64,000 nucleotides of DNA from Blasia pusilla. Lineage: Eukaryota. Shown piece by piece: positions 23,884 to 37,859 of the stretch (positions are counted from its first letter, which is position 1; every line of letters begins with the position of its first letter). The position numbers were made by a program, and so were the translations under genes. Below the pieces are notes generated by a model. That model did no database searches. It was not told the DNA's origin and saw nothing but the letters and a program-made list of their open reading frames with translations. The stretch is from contig CM114271.1 of the NCBI GenBank assembly GCA_050084515.1, positions 47,120,001 to 47,184,000 of the forward strand, in the 5' to 3' direction.

Positions 23884-26451
23884 ATGGCCGGTTGGCTGAC
23901 ATCCCGACTGAAAGCGGCCGAGCAGCTGCTGCAACAGATCGATCAACAGGCCGCGGAGACGCTGAAGAAAGCGGAGACGAGCAGAGAGGACGTTTTCGGC
24001 ACCACCGAGGGAAAGACCTCCGAGAAGCGCTCTCACTCTCTTCGGAAGGAGAAAGAATTGTACGGTGGGACGTCAACTTCGGAGCCACTGCCCTCTTCGT
24101 CACGAGGGAGAGGACGGCTCTTCGATCGGCACTCGCACCCGACAAGACCCGGAGGTAAGAGCGATCCTGGTCAGCAGCAGGAGCAGCAGCAGTCAGGATA
24201 TGGAAGCCAGAAATCTGCCAAGGCTTCCTCATCCCAGCGTAAGCTTGCTAAAGAAGGACGGGAAGATTGGTCGGAATTGCTTGGGTCTCCTGACCTGCAG
24301 GTAAGTAGTTCCTCTAGCTCTCGATCCAGCAATGCGAGAAATGGCGATGTCGATGGGCACGGCACCTCGTTGAGAGGATCCCGAACCAAGTCTTCTCCCA
24401 GTCGGAAGAGTACCCACATCGGCCTCTCTCCAACCTCGAGAACCTCTTCCTATGGAGATGTCACGACAAGCAGTACCCAATCAAAAGCCATCTCAAAACT
24501 GTTGTCCCCCCCGGCACGAGATATTCCCAAGTCATCACTGGTTCTTTCTGATTCAAACTCGGAGAAGGACAATGCTGCTCGAGAATTGCAGGCCCACGTC
24601 GATGGGGAATCTCAGGGAGTGAAGACGGGATCGGAAGAAGAACCGATGACGAATGTTGCACTCCTCAATGGTGGGATTGTGATGGAGGCGACGCCAATCG
24701 AGTGCAGCGATCATCCTGTCGTCGCTCCCCACGGAGGAGGAGACAGGAATGACGACTTGCCTGGAGGTCAAAAAGAATTGGACGGGAGCACAGGCGAACC
24801 TTCTATGGAACCTTCAGCTGTATCCGGTCTTGAGGAGGTGGAGGAGAAGGTGCATGAAGGGCTGTCTGGTAATGGTGTCATTCAAATTGAGGCTCCCAAG
24901 ATTGAGTTGAGGAGTCAATCAGATTCTTTGGAAGTAGAAGGCGATAGCAAATTGTTGTCTGTAGGAGCAGAAGAATGGCTACTATCAGAACTTCCTTCTG
25001 GGATTCCGGAGGTGGAGAAATTGAAGGACTTGAATGGCGGTGATGTCGGCCTTGATGGTCCCCATACCGAGGATGATGAGCACCCTCCCTTAGCAATAGA
25101 GCTTTCAAATCGCCCACAAAACAGTGTGGAGGATCCAGCTACTGATATAGAGGAGTTATCCCAGGAGGAAAATGCAAGTATTTCAAACAGCGAAGATGAG
25201 AGCTCTGGCTCTGGTACAGATGGTGATACAGACTCTGACGATTCAGATTATGACGAGAAAAGGAGAGCCAAAAGGATGGCCTTGCGAAGGAAACAGGCAA
25301 AGCGCAGGGCTGAGGACAGGAGAGCAGCTGCAGAGGAGGCCGCAAAGGCCACTATTAGGGAGAGAGAGGATCTTGTGGAGAGATTGGAAAGAGAGAAAGG
25401 CACCCTAGAGGCCTTACTGGCAGAAGGTGAAGAACAGCATGTGAAGATGGCTACAGAGCTACGTGCAAGCATGAGTGAAGTGGTTCAACTTCTGGAGCAG
25501 GAAAAACAACAACATAACAACACCCGCAGGCAAGCTTTGGAGCTGGAAGTCAAACTGGAGGCAGAAAATTCAGAGCTTGCAAAATCACTGGCAGCCAGTC
25601 AGTGGGAACTTGAAGGAATCTTGTCACGAGTTTCGAAAGTACGAGGATTCGTGGAGTCAAAAGTTGACGCCTGCACAGATTTGGAAAGAGAAGCTGCTTT
25701 GTTGCGCATCAAACTTTCTCGACCGCACATATCCCAGAGAGCTCTTGATCTAGCTTATGCAGCTGAGTCTATGGAGGATGAGAAATCAAGGCTTATTTCA
25801 AAAATTGAACAGTATCGCCTGCAGAGTGAAGACCTCGAGGATAGTCGAAGGAGGTTGATGGACAGGCAGGTGGGACCAACCGATATCCAACTTGAGCTGG
25901 AGGCCCAGCTGGCCCAGATCACTGATAGCCTTATACATAAGCAGGCCCAGGTGGAAGAGCTTTCCACAGAAAAAGCAACTCTTATTTTCCGTGTGGAGGC
26001 AGTTTCAAACACTCTGCGAGAAGAAAAGTTAGCTCTTGTCTCTCGGTCTGCAAAACGTAATCCTAGCAAGGGTGTCTGGGCTGAGTGGTCCCACTTTGAC
26101 GAGGATGTGGAGTATGGATTGAGTAAAACCTACAGTTCAAAGGACAAGGCATGGGATATGGATGATCGGTATGATCACCTGATTGAGGGATCTAGTGGGC
26201 AGCCCTTTCACCGGTTGGTCCGGCAAGTGGATGGTCTTGTTACGGGTGCTGCCATCATCCTGCGGAGGCATGGAATGGCTAGAGCATTCGCTGGCCTCTA
26301 CTTATTGGCACTACATTGGTGGTTTGTTTTCATTCTCCTCTCACATCCTCCCACATTGCCCCAGGCCAATAGTGGTCGTGTAGATTCTGTCCTGTCCACC
26401 TTGAATGGAGCTCAGCTTTCTATCAATCAGACCTCAACTAGCTTCTTTTAG
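23884..26451 (+). CDS. Golgin-84 family / golgin candidate 2-like protein, single coding exon
   Basis: Uninterrupted ORF. N-terminus MAGWLTSRLKAAEQLLQQIDQQAAE is typical of plant golgin-84/GC2; long coiled coil; LIHKQAQVEELSTEKATLIFRVE; C-terminal hydrophobic TM segment ARAFAGLYLLALHWWFVFILL. Confidence 0.9.
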   Translation: MAGWLTSRLKAAEQLLQQIDQQAAETLKKAETSREDVFGTTEGKTSEKRSHSLRKEKELYGGTSTSEPLPSSSRGRGRLFDRHSHPTRPGGKSDPGQQQEQQQSGYGSQKSAKASSSQRKLAKEGREDWSELLGSPDLQVSSSSSSRSSNARNGDVDGHGTSLRGSRTKSSPSRKSTHIGLSPTSRTSSYGDVTTSSTQSKAISKLLSPPARDIPKSSLVLSDSNSEKDNAARELQAHVDGESQGVKTGSEEEPMTNVALLNGGIVMEATPIECSDHPVVAPHGGGDRNDDLPGGQKELDGSTGEPSMEPSAVSGLEEVEEKVHEGLSGNGVIQIEAPKIELRSQSDSLEVEGDSKLLSVGAEEWLLSELPSGIPEVEKLKDLNGGDVGLDGPHTEDDEHPPLAIELSNRPQNSVEDPATDIEELSQEENASISNSEDESSGSGTDGDTDSDDSDYDEKRRAKRMALRRKQAKRRAEDRRAAAEEAAKATIREREDLVERLEREKGTLEALLAEGEEQHVKMATELRASMSEVVQLLEQEKQQHNNTRRQALELEVKLEAENSELAKSLAASQWELEGILSRVSKVRGFVESKVDACTDLEREAALLRIKLSRPHISQRALDLAYAAESMEDEKSRLISKIEQYRLQSEDLEDSRRRLMDRQVGPTDIQLELEAQLAQITDSLIHKQAQVEELSTEKATLIFRVEAVSNTLREEKLALVSRSAKRNPSKGVWAEWSHFDEDVEYGLSKTYSSKDKAWDMDDRYDHLIEGSSGQPFHRLVRQVDGLVTGAAIILRRHGMARAFAGLYLLALHWWFVFILLSHPPTLPQANSGRVDSVLSTLNGAQLSINQTSTSFF

Positions 26452-27723
26452 GAGATGGTTCTCCTCTAGTGCTACGGAGCCCTTCCACTTGTCTGTTAGT
26501 ACTTCTCAGCATTTTTGGGTCATTGGACTAGGGTTGGCAAGTAAGGCAACAACTAGGGGTGTGGAATATTTCACCAATGGACCTCTTCTCCTGTGCAACC
26601 CTCGCGTCCTTGGAATGCTGGGATGGAAAATATTTGGTTGTGCTTTCTGAGAGTTTCTATATAATGAACTGGCCCTTATTCTCACAAGGAACGGGCCACC
26701 TTGTTGCAGTACCTGACAAGTGGGTATCCCTGACTCCCATTCCTGACAATCCCTTTACTGTAAATAATGCGCCATACCCACGAGAGTCTATTTAGCTATT
26801 TAAGCTGAGTTCAAGCAATTGTTCCTGGTGGGGTCACTCCGGGATATTTGAAGCACTTCGTCCCTACTTGGGGTATCTCCAAACAGCCACAAGGCAATCG
26901 CTATGGCTTTATCATCCTCCAAGCTGTAAGTTAAGGCAATGTTGATACTGAGCAGAATGTTGATAGTCTAGTGATGTAGTTATTGTTGTGAAAGATACGA
27001 TGCCATCTACTTGTGGAGGCGCTTGTCCATTTTCATGGCAGTTCAAGCATCAATTAATCGTGTGCCTACGGATTTCCTGAGAGATAAAGTAACTGGATCG
27101 CCCCGTAGTTGGACAGAAATGGTGAACTGAACTGACTCAAAGATGATGAAGCACAATTGCCTCACATAAGTGTTATTAAACAGTTTCAAATTTTGCAGTG
27201 TTGGTTGAATGGTGGTTCTCTGCTGTTTTGTAGTGTGGATGATGAAGTGGACTGGTTGTATTTGAAAATCCATTTTAATCTTTACCATGGTTGAACACAA
27301 CCCAATCCAATACACATGCGATGCCCTGTGCATGGAGAGGCAACCAAGAACGAAAGCTAATTATCACAGCATCTATGGAGAAAAATTGTCATGGTGTGCC
27401 AGCCCAGTCCTTCATTGTGGCAGCTGTTCTAGGAATCCTAGATATGAACGCCTAACAAATGAAGATGTAACCTTACTGTCTCGATGGTATGTACTCAAGA
27501 CATTTGTCAAGCACTGTACTCAGACATATGTCAAACTCAGTTCCTCACGGACACAATCGCTTTGTGTCCACATGCCAGACTCCTGAATGACATTCCATGC
27601 GAACATGAAATTCTACCACTGGGCAAGGCGTCCGTCCCGAAAAGAGGCCTTCACTGCCAATGCACAGGCGTAAGCCCGCATGCCTTACTTTACAACGGCT
27701 TTTCAGATGGATGTCGAGTAGTA

Positions 27724-29140
27724 TCACGGGTTCAGTTCTAAGCCCGAATTGAGGATGAGAGCGGAAAACTCTACAAAGTTCAAAAATCCGTCCTTGTCAA
27801 CATCAAACTCCTCCATGGTGGAGTGAACCATCTGAACACAAACGCAAATGAAAACACACTTTGTTAGAACACAAAATCAAGAAACTACGGACTATGTGAA
27901 AGTCAAGGTCCCCAGGAAGGGATATAAGATAAGGACTATTGAGATGACATGTGGACAAAGGAGAAAGGTCTCCAAATGCTTTGCACCCATGTGGTTGAAT
28001 GTGGATCCACTCCATATGGTTAGGGCCGTAGATGGTATGCGCTATGAACTCAAATTTCTCAACTGCTTTCTAGCCGCTCTGATTATGTAAGCCAGTGAGC
28101 ACATACCACATGGAAAAACCAACACACCTGATCAAGTTGGCTTGGAGGAAGTCCTTGACATGCTACTTGCATGGCATCACCTATTTCGGATGGTGAAATT
28201 TTACCGTCGTGATCTTGATCATAGAGGTTGAAGAGGACTGTCACAAACTCAGAGTCAGCACAAATCATCCATACCCTGAGCCATGGATGATAACGATGAA
28301 ATTCATCTAAGAAGGCCTGCTTTAATGATCTTTGCATGCGTATGAAAAATTACATCATCCCAAGAAAGTAGTACTCATGGGTTGATCATAGGGTCTTCTG
28401 TTTGGGTGCCGTGGCTGGCTTCAATGCATGGAGAAAATAGAAAAAACCCAACAATCACTTGACCAACATACCAAGGAGTTTGGCTTCAGGAGTCTTCATA
28501 GCCCTGTGAGCTTTAATTTCGTCACAAATTTCTTCATAACTAATGGATCCACTGCTATCTGCGTCCACATACTTAAATAGCAACTCTGCACATGGCTTTC
28601 CTGCTGCATCACGAGTTTCCCATCTCCAGTCAGTGGTACATTTTAAGGGCATTTCTTCTCGACTCATACAGAGTTCATTTCACACCCAAGAGAATAAACA
28701 AGCAACCTCACTCACCATGGCTGAATCATGGGCCAACGATTACCAAGTTCGCTTTGCAAAGCTGCAGAAGTTTCAAAAACCATCCTTTCTTAAATACTGA
28801 ATTTTATAGTCTGCTGTTACTTTGGTGGGAATGTTACTTCTTCATATTTGAAAGGGAGACTCTACATCAAGTGACGAGGGCGGGAACTTGGAAGTAAACA
28901 TTCCCTCAGATAGTAAATGATCTTAATGAGAGGAATGCAAAGGCCAATCATTGATCAGAAACTGGGAATACTGGGAGATATTAATGTGGGGCCACAACGA
29001 CGAGAAACAAGGATGGTGAGAGGGTGCTCACATGAACCAAGCAAGTTTTTGAATCGTTCTGGGGTGATCCCTTGTGCGCCTTCATCTATAACTTTACGAA
29101 ATCTATGTTTGACTCGCCATGCCTCATGTCCTGACAAGGC
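27724..29140 (-). CDS. Calcineurin B-like EF-hand calcium-binding protein (multi-exon; 5' end unresolved)
   Basis: In-phase GT-AG exons 28585-28472 (DADSSGSISYEE), 28237-28128 (DQDHDGKISPSE) and 27831-27724 (DVDKDGFLNFVEF...stop); probable upstream exon near 29030-29140. Confidence 0.82.
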
Positions 29141-32100
29141 TGCGGATATTCAACTGCGAATGAGTAGAAATCATCGTTTGAACAATGGATCAGGTTATCT
29201 ACCGTTCGTCTGTAAATGAGAAGCATACGAAGACGTACAAGCATGCAAATGCTGGCTATTGTTGCATGAAAAAAAAATCCCCAGATGAAATTGAGACATG
29301 AAAGACTCTTTTAAAGGATGCATAGTCCTTGTTTACACATAAGTCCTCTAATAATCTCTGCGTGTCCAAACGAAGTAAAGTCACTTACATCCTTCTTTCC
29401 CACGAATAAGGCTGATGATGTTACCCATTGTAAACTTCACGTTTACACAGGAAGTCATACCTCCAGCTCATAACCATTTCGGAGAAATTTGTGCATTTGC
29501 CTTAATTGTTAACCGACAGCTCACTGGAAAATCCCCAACTTTGTGGCCTCACCATTGTGCTCAGCTTTTGGACTCATGTCTAACAGCACAACTCATCCCT
29601 GTTACTGCACAAAACGATGGCCCTCATGAGCACCCGCATTCAAAATGTAAAAAATCTGCCTGACTCAAACTCAGCATCCTACATTCGACCACAGATATTG
29701 GAATCGCGTGTCTGAGGCGACCTCACTAGCATATACTAACATAGACAACTGAGATGGCCCAACACCCATTTGTATCCCACTCATGTCTAACAGCACAAAA
29801 CCCACCGTTGGACTGCACCAAAGTACTTTCTCGATCGGTGCCCTGACTCAGAACATGAAAAGTGATGCCTCATTCAAACTCAGCATCCTTGTTCAACGAA
29901 ATGAGTGGATGTACTGAAGCAATCTCAATATCATTTGCTAGCATCAAAGAATTGATAAGCCAGCAACACCACCTTCTTGACTTCCCATGTACTTCTCCAC
30001 CAATTCGAATCTCAGGAGGCACGCGCTTCAAAGCCGCCTACCCTTTTGTTATGTGACGTGCAGATTGAAAAGTATTTCTAGTGATCCATCAGAACATCCT
30101 AGTAGGAATCTACTCTGTAGGGTGAAGGAACAGAAATGCGTTGGTGGATCACTCACGAAATCTTCGTGTTTAGTGTACATGGAACTCTCTTCTTTGACAT
30201 CTACAAGTTCGTCAATAATCTAGTATGTTCTCGTAATTTAATTACCCTTAAATGATGCGCCTTAACAATAGAAAGGTCTTCAAAGGACATGTGTCTTCAA
30301 AGGACATGTGTCAACATTTGAGGAGGGTTTCTCTAACCCCATCCTCTCCGATGACCGAATTGTTATAATGACCAAGTGTGGCCAAGCTGTTATAATTAGC
30401 GAGTGCAGAATTATGGGTGAAGCTCTTTAAGATTTCCCCATGTAGGTAGGTTGTCCATGAAACGGGTCTTCCCTAACCTGGGCCTGGATAATCTCCCTCA
30501 TCCAAAGCAAGGGGAGGGCCTTTCCATCTCCCCTACTTAGGCATGGGATGATCCAAACTTTGAGAAACTGCGCTCACTGAGTAGGGTCTTGTCTCAGTGT
30601 TGTGGCCATAGACCCTTGGGTCAGAGTGCAGTTAGCTTTTTCGCTGTGGACGTTCGTTTCCCTACTGAAAATACGTGTGGTATTTGGACATTTAGTAGGG
30701 AAATGTATATTTTTCGCCCATGTTTTCCTAAACATTCAGTATTTGCAAGTAGTCTTTCGGTTCTGCTGGTTCAGGATACATATTCAAGATGGAAAGGTCT
30801 GGCTTTTACCTTGCTTTCTCCATGATGTGTTGTAATCTCACTGATTTGGTTCAAGTTTCCACAAAGTATTGCCCCTGATGGTCACACGGTTCGGGACCTG
30901 TGGGGAGCTTTGTTGAACTGAAACTCTGTTGGATTCTTTTCATTCAAGATCCGGCCGGTTCACTGGCCTCCTGTGGTCCTCACCAGCACTTGAAGGATAG
31001 CGATGGGGATCCATTTTTGGAATTGCTTCCAATATATCAACTTGGCGATATTCCGTCTTTCATCAAGTGGCTCCACACCAAATTCGGATCTCAGGCCAAC
31101 CTTGAGTTTAAGGTGTGGTTCCGTGGGCAGCAGGAAGTGTGCGGGCAGGCGACTCTGTCCATCTATGACTGACGACCTCGGAAGGTAACCACACAGTGAA
31201 CATCATTGCTCGCAGCAATGTCCGTGGCCCTCTCCCTGCGAATCTTTTACAATAGCCTCTCGTGATCTGGGGACGATTTCGATGGTCTCCTGATCAGTGA
31301 AGGAGATCCTGTGATTCCAAAAGACTTGGAGGAGTATCAGCCATCACCCCAAGAACCAGCTTTCAAGGGTCCACGCTCTCACGGAAGAGATTTTCTAGGG
31401 AGGATATGGATTTCCAAGGTTATGGTGAGGTCATAGCCAGAGATCACAAATGTTGGCAGAGCAATATTGTCTCTCAGAAGGATTGTAGCAGAGACCAGAG
31501 TTCACAAATGTTAGCACCACATTATTCATATTCTCTCACTGGCATTCTAGGGGGGCCTAGTCTAGACTAAGTCATACTTCAAGCTTTTGGACTCCTCTCC
31601 AAGGAGTTTACACATGTTAGGAACAAGGACATTGTGTCTCTAGAATGCGTCATCCATACCAGATAGCGTAGGCTGTTACAGACCTAGGCCAGATTTTCGT
31701 TTCCTGACTCTTCGAGAATCAAGCAAGATTTCAAGCTTCTAAACTCTTCATTGAGGAGAAGTTTTCGATGAAGATAGGCATTTTCAAGTGGGTAGCCAAA
31801 GTGCACATTTTTTGCACAAAAGCATCCTCTGCCCCTTTCTTGAGGTTCTTACCGCAGAACTGGAGAACTAGTTGCAGGAGATCCCTTGTTTGGGAACTCG
31901 GCACAAGAAGGGGACAGTCTCCTTGACCCACAAAAATTGCAGGATGGAAACAAACAAAATCCTGCTCCTTGTGCGATGATGGGGTTGAAACCTCGAGTCA
32001 TAAGGTGGTGGCCTGTGCGAAATTCTCAACAGAAAGAGCAACAGCATCTGCTGGAACCGCTAGGCTGGTAACACAAGATCTGTTCATTGCGTGCCGTAGT

Positions 32101-35100
32101 GTAGATTTACAGGCTTGAAGCTGACTCATCCATGGAGAGTGTCGACAAACGGGAAATTTTGTGAGGTGGGTAGAAACTTGGGGTGATGTTGGAGAATCTT
32201 GTCTCTGCACATGTATGGAAGGTTCCAATAGATCTAGGTGGCAGATTTCCATAGACTTGGCTTGTGGGAACCACCAGTCGCCTTCTAGATGTGAGAGCTT
32301 GAGGATTGCCTCCAAAGCTGATTTTAGTCCTGTCACGGACTTTGGTCTGGAATTTAGGTTTACCTCCCATCAACATTTCCACCGGATGAGAGGGTCACAT
32401 GAGAAAAACCCTTGCTGGGCTCAAAGGTTGGGGATTCATTTAGTGTCGTGGTGCCTTGAAAAATCTGCAGCGCCGCCATTGCCTTCTGATTCTTCTTGGA
32501 TTGCGCTCATCTCTGATCATAGATTTCCCTACGTTCACATCTAGTCCATCACATCTTCCACATCAACGCTGTTGTCTCCTGATCCTTCTTGGATTGCGCA
32601 ACATTTCTGTCCATAGACTTGCCTCCGCGATAACGAGCTACATTTGTGTATGGACACGGTCTATCAGATTCATCCGATCATCGATTCCATGAAAATGCGA
32701 TGTCATCTTCGGCATCTTTTGTAGAACTGCTTCGTTCTTACGATGAGCGCTGGTGACAACAACAGAGCCATTCTATTACTCTTGGTGCTCTGGCTGATAT
32801 CGTTCCTTCACATCGAGCAGCGCTACCTATCGCTTGAGACCTGTGCATCTGTCTTCTCTTCTTCTATGTGCCTTGCAGCCTCCTCGACATCTCTAACACA
32901 AATACCCTTCCAGCCCCGACAGACGAGAGACGATGAGAGAAACGATTTGGTGAGGAAACACGGACATACCGAGGCTTGAATGCAGAGTCCAGCGCTTTTG
33001 TGGAGAAGGAGACAACGTCCGCAAAGTGCATGTCTCGAGCTTCATAACGATTTTCTCATGTCTCGAGCTTGCATAAAATCAGGTGCATAATGTCATTAAA
33101 TCGATCCTCTCCTGCGATCCGAGTAGCCAGGAATAACCGCACCCGTCCACCACACGCGCTTCGCAGTGCACTCGCTTCAGATCATGGAAGAAGCTCTCGG
33201 AGGGAAGGGAAGGAAGGGAATGGAGGAAAACAGGAGCGAAGAGTGCGATTGGAATTCCTCGTGGCCCTTTGAAAGAGGAGTTGAAAGCGATGAGCAACGA
33301 AAGTGGGAGGAACACAACACGGAGAGGGTCCGTGAACGCGTGGACAGGCGCGCATTCGCAAGCTTTGCTGCCAACAAGGCGGGTTGCCACCTGCCATCCT
33401 CATCATCGATGATTTGGAACGCAAGAGCGCGAACTACCGTAACATGTCTGAATTGAAACACGCACACACTTTCGCTGCGAGAAATCATGCTACGATGATC
33501 CGATTGATCGTAACAGCGGCCGACCTATATCTATCTGCATTACTCTCCAGATATGGTGAGAGGTGAGTTTCGCTCTGGACTCTTCCTCCCTGGTTCACAC
33601 CTACCTCTGAACAGGTTCAGGGCGTCATCAGACCGATTCGTCCCTTCCATGTTCACACATCCTTTAGAGCGTGTGCAGAAAACGTTACTGAACCGATTCG
33701 TCATGGTTATTTTCAAATGTGGAATCCTTTATCCGAATGCTCTGTCTATTGCATCCCCAAGGACTACCATCCTTGTTTCCGGGCTTATGTAGAGTACGCG
33801 GCGAGGATCGGATCCAGGGACTCCCAAGCTTTCGCCATAGACATCTCTGCATGAACATCAGTTGACTCCGCATGGAGTTCTCGGTATGTCCTGAGTAAAG
33901 GGATCGAGGTACTCCCAATCTTTCGGCATACGCATCTCTGCAGCAGTCTCTACACAGAATTCACTAACCATCAATAAAGCCTATACGGTCGCGGCTGTTC
34001 CTATCTACGTTCAATTAACGCACCGAATTCACAGCAGCATCATTGTCCTAAAGCCTGCTGCAATCCGGAGGCCAAACTTCCATGTTCCGAGGATTCTGAA
34101 TCCAGAATTCGTAGCACCATCGTAATCCTAGAGTCTGATGCGATCCGGAGACCAAATTTCCTCGTTCCAGGCTCAGGTTGCGCAGCACTTGCACGGAACC
34201 GAAACGATCAGGTACTCTAAAGGTTCCACACCGAATCCACAGGAACAGGCGCCATCTCTCGGAATTCCGATGGATTCCGACGGTGAAATTTACGTGTCGC
34301 TCCACACTGGAGCAAAGAGCACCCACAAGATCTTTCAGTTATTTTATTTTATCTCTCATAACAAGTATTCGAAGAGTTAGGGTATAAGGGATTAATGATG
34401 CAGCACATAGGTTCAATTTTTTTTTCAAATACTTTCTTGCTCTCCGGTTTGCACATGTCAAGCATAGAGGTGTTGGCAAATCAAGGAGACACTCTCCCAT
34501 AATAATATGAATGAGGTGCCCGTGCGATGAAGGAAATAAAAAAGTGGTTGAAGAGCTATTGTATAGCTCTTCAAACACTTTTTTATGTTCCCCATAAATT
34601 CAAATCTTTTCTTGTTGCCCGTAGCATGTGAAACATTTTCTTGCTGCTCAATTGCCACGTGTCAAGCAGAGAGGTCTTTGCAAATCAAGAAGGTACTCTC
34701 CCATAAAAATATACATGTGTAGACCTAGTAACTCCGCGCGTGCTTAGAGTTGATCGGTGCGTCCGCGCTACTCCGAACTCCCAACCATCAAGCGTGGTTA
34801 CGCCTACGCTACTCTGAATTCTATACCACCAAGCGTGAGACATTATTCTCAGGCGTGGGATCCGAGTGCAAGTGCCACATGACTCCGATGGCGTTCGGAA
34901 TCTTGTGCCATGGCAAGTCGCTCAGGTCTGTAGCTCTTGAACATTCCCACGATGAGTCTTTTACGAGATCTCTGGACTACGCCGCTTGAAAATCTCTTGC
35001 ATGTTTCCTTTCCATCTGAGTTCTGAGGGAGCATTGTTGTATCCATGGTAGATCTTGTTTCATGCTCTCTAGAAGGTACTTTGCTCTCCTTATTTTTTCC

Positions 35101-35112
35101 TCAGCTCTTTAC

Positions 35113-35310
35113 TTTCACCTTTGCATGCTCCCAGTTTGTTCAACTGCCTTCGCTGTGTACCTCAATTCGGTATGGTCCCGATTCGTTCCAATACCTTGTA
35201 GTCTCGTTACTTTCGCCTTTGCATGCTCCCAGTTACTAGCTTGAACTGCCTTCATTGAGCACCTCATTTCGGTCTGTTCCCGATTCATTCCAATACCTTG
35301 CGGCCTCGCT
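35113..35310. repeat. Two-copy ~98-bp tandem repeat
   Basis: TTTCRCCTTTGCATGCTCCCAGTT...CCCGATTCRTTCCAATACCTTG repeated at ~35113 and ~35211. Confidence 0.75.
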
Positions 35311-37859
35311 GCCCTTCCTAGCGCACCTAATTTTTGCTTGGTCCCAATTTGTTCTGATATCTTGTACCTTCGCTGCCACAGCCAAACGCTAAAGTGTGTT
35401 CTTGTATGTTCTATGTTGTAGGTTTGATTCTGCGGATGCTTCTTCCGAGCTTCGACTACTGATTCTTGCGTCTTTGCTACCATGGTAGAAGTGTAGTTTC
35501 TCCCTAAACCCAATCTATTCGGATATCTTGCGGCTTCGCTGCCTCAACTTAGCTTGTAGGCTATTATTCTACTATACATCATCGTGGTAATTAGCTCTTT
35601 TTAATATGGGACGTGTGCAAACCTCAAAATATTGCCAAAATTCAAGCAGGCGACCTTTTAGGATAAGTATACTTGACGGTAGAGCTAGGATGAGTTCCAT
35701 CCGATTGTGGGTACTTATCATATTTTCTCGTCTCAAGAAGATGGCTTGCACATCCCAGTGCATGCATTGGGCATGTGCTACTTGTTTCTTAAAGAAATGG
35801 CAAGCTATATGCTCATCCTCTATGAAAAATATGCACTGTTGTGGTTATTGTGGATATGTGCTCTAGTGCAACCCTCATCCAAAGATGGCAGTTCTCGAGG
35901 ATGCATCAAACCCGCCCTATGCATTATGCAATGGGTTTATGAAGGATTATGTCATACCCAGACTATGCCACTATCATGTCTCCGATCTGTGCCTCTAATG
36001 GCCTTCAAACTCATGTCAATGTGTATATGACTCCTTCTTATATCAAGCCTTTACTTCCTTGTAACCCACTTCAACTCCAACTACTATCCATAGTTGACTC
36101 TAGAATTGGAGTTGAAAAGAAATTTAATGGGTTCCATTGAATTTTTTTTAGTTACATCATTCTTAGACTATCCTTTCCTTGGCTTTAACCTTACCAACAA
36201 TGTGGCAAAAATTGAAGCTTCAATGCTACCAAGTATGATGTTACGTCTTTTAGGATAGATCGGTGAGATCTAGTAGAGCGCCTTTGTGAGTAGTGGAGGA
36301 CAGACTCTGTAGGTCGAGGATGACCTGCTGAGGCCCGGGAAACGTGAGAGAGCAGGTTTCCCCTTCGTTTTGGCTCATTTGGAGCCATATTGAAGAACTT
36401 ACTATTTTAGGTAAATACCATTTTGAATATATGATCAATTTTATATTTTTGGTAAGTGCCCCTTGACCTCCTACATCAGGTCAAGAGCCAAGGAGGTGAC
36501 TTGGGAGCATAGGTTACCATGGAGAGAGCTTGGGAGAAGGGAGGAGTATACCTCGAGGAGAGAGAGCTTGAGAACTCATTCTGTCTTTGTTGAACCTCTT
36601 GGCATGAGGCGGCGGAGCTATGGTCTTGCTTGCCTTGTGTGTGTAACCCAAGCCTCTCATTAGGAGAGTGGGTTTGGTTTCACATTAAGAGAGATATGTG
36701 AGAGTGCACACATGTGAGAACTATGGTGTTGTGAGAGAGATTGGATCTTATTTTAAAAGAGAGATTGCCGCTATGGCATTGAGGTTACCCGATGTCGGAT
36801 CCGTGGCATCGACATCATATGGAGCAGCTAGAGATATGGAGGATCCTGGTTGGATGTGCGGGGTTGCCTAGATGGAGGCTGCCGTAGTTGTGACGCGTGG
36901 AGCAGCCACACAGTTGGATCCACAACGAGGGGAAGCCAGGAACAGACTAGGCTTCCTCAATCTTTCATGTTGTCCAAGGCGATAAGGACCCCATCGATAG
37001 GTCTTGATCAGAGTTCCTGGAGAGTTGGTGATGATTTTGGTGTGCCGGCACGGAGGGCGATGGGAGAAGCGAGTGCGACGAATCCTATTGTTGATGCTCA
37101 GGAGGGGCATGTGTCGAGCACGTTGTTGGGGGCGACCACCATTGTGTATCGCGCTCCTTTATTTTCTGCTTCTGATGTTATAATGTTGGAAGGTATGCCC
37201 GTCGAGGTTTTTTGGCTGGCCGCTATGCTATGTGAGCATGGAGTTGGAGTTCTTGCATCATATTCAGAGGTGATTGCAGAGGAGGTGATGGACCTACCCT
37301 TGGAGCGGATGCTCAGGCCCTCCACGTCAGATTCATGTCACGCTGCGGCTCCTAGGATGGCGAAGATGTCCGCTAGACCCGCGATAGAGCGTGCCATGGC
37401 TTCTCCTGGTGTTGTGTTGTTGGATAATTGAGGAGAGGTCTTCCAATTGGTGAGTCCCGGAGATAGAGCTTTTAGTCCGCAACGCGTCTTGTTGGATTCA
37501 GGAGCGCAACCCTTGATGTTGGGGAAAGCGTCATTCAGAGGATTGGGCTTGACGAGAGCCGATGTGGAGCGTTGTCCATTCTGGATACAGACATCCTTGG
37601 GTGGAGCGAGTGCCACACTGTATATCACCCGACAAGAGGTCGCATCAGTCCGCATCACGGCTGCATCAGTCCGTGGAGGAGAGGTGCCGCTTTGGGGCTC
37701 GACTGAGGAGCTTCGACGCTTAGCCACTGAGCATGTGCAGACCGCGTGGAGCGAGACCCTTGCACTAGAGTGTGACGGGTCAGAGAAACCCCAGGTTGAC
37801 AAGAGTGCTGCTATGACCCCTTTGGACACCACCCGATTGTGTGGTGCATCCCAGAGGAG

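Noticed and set aside
23567-26069. Antisense and alternate-frame ORFs over the golgin gene
   Set aside because: Shadows of the long GC-rich CDS.
30300-35000. Many short ORFs, possible gene or TE remnant
   Set aside because: No motif I can recognise; left unannotated.
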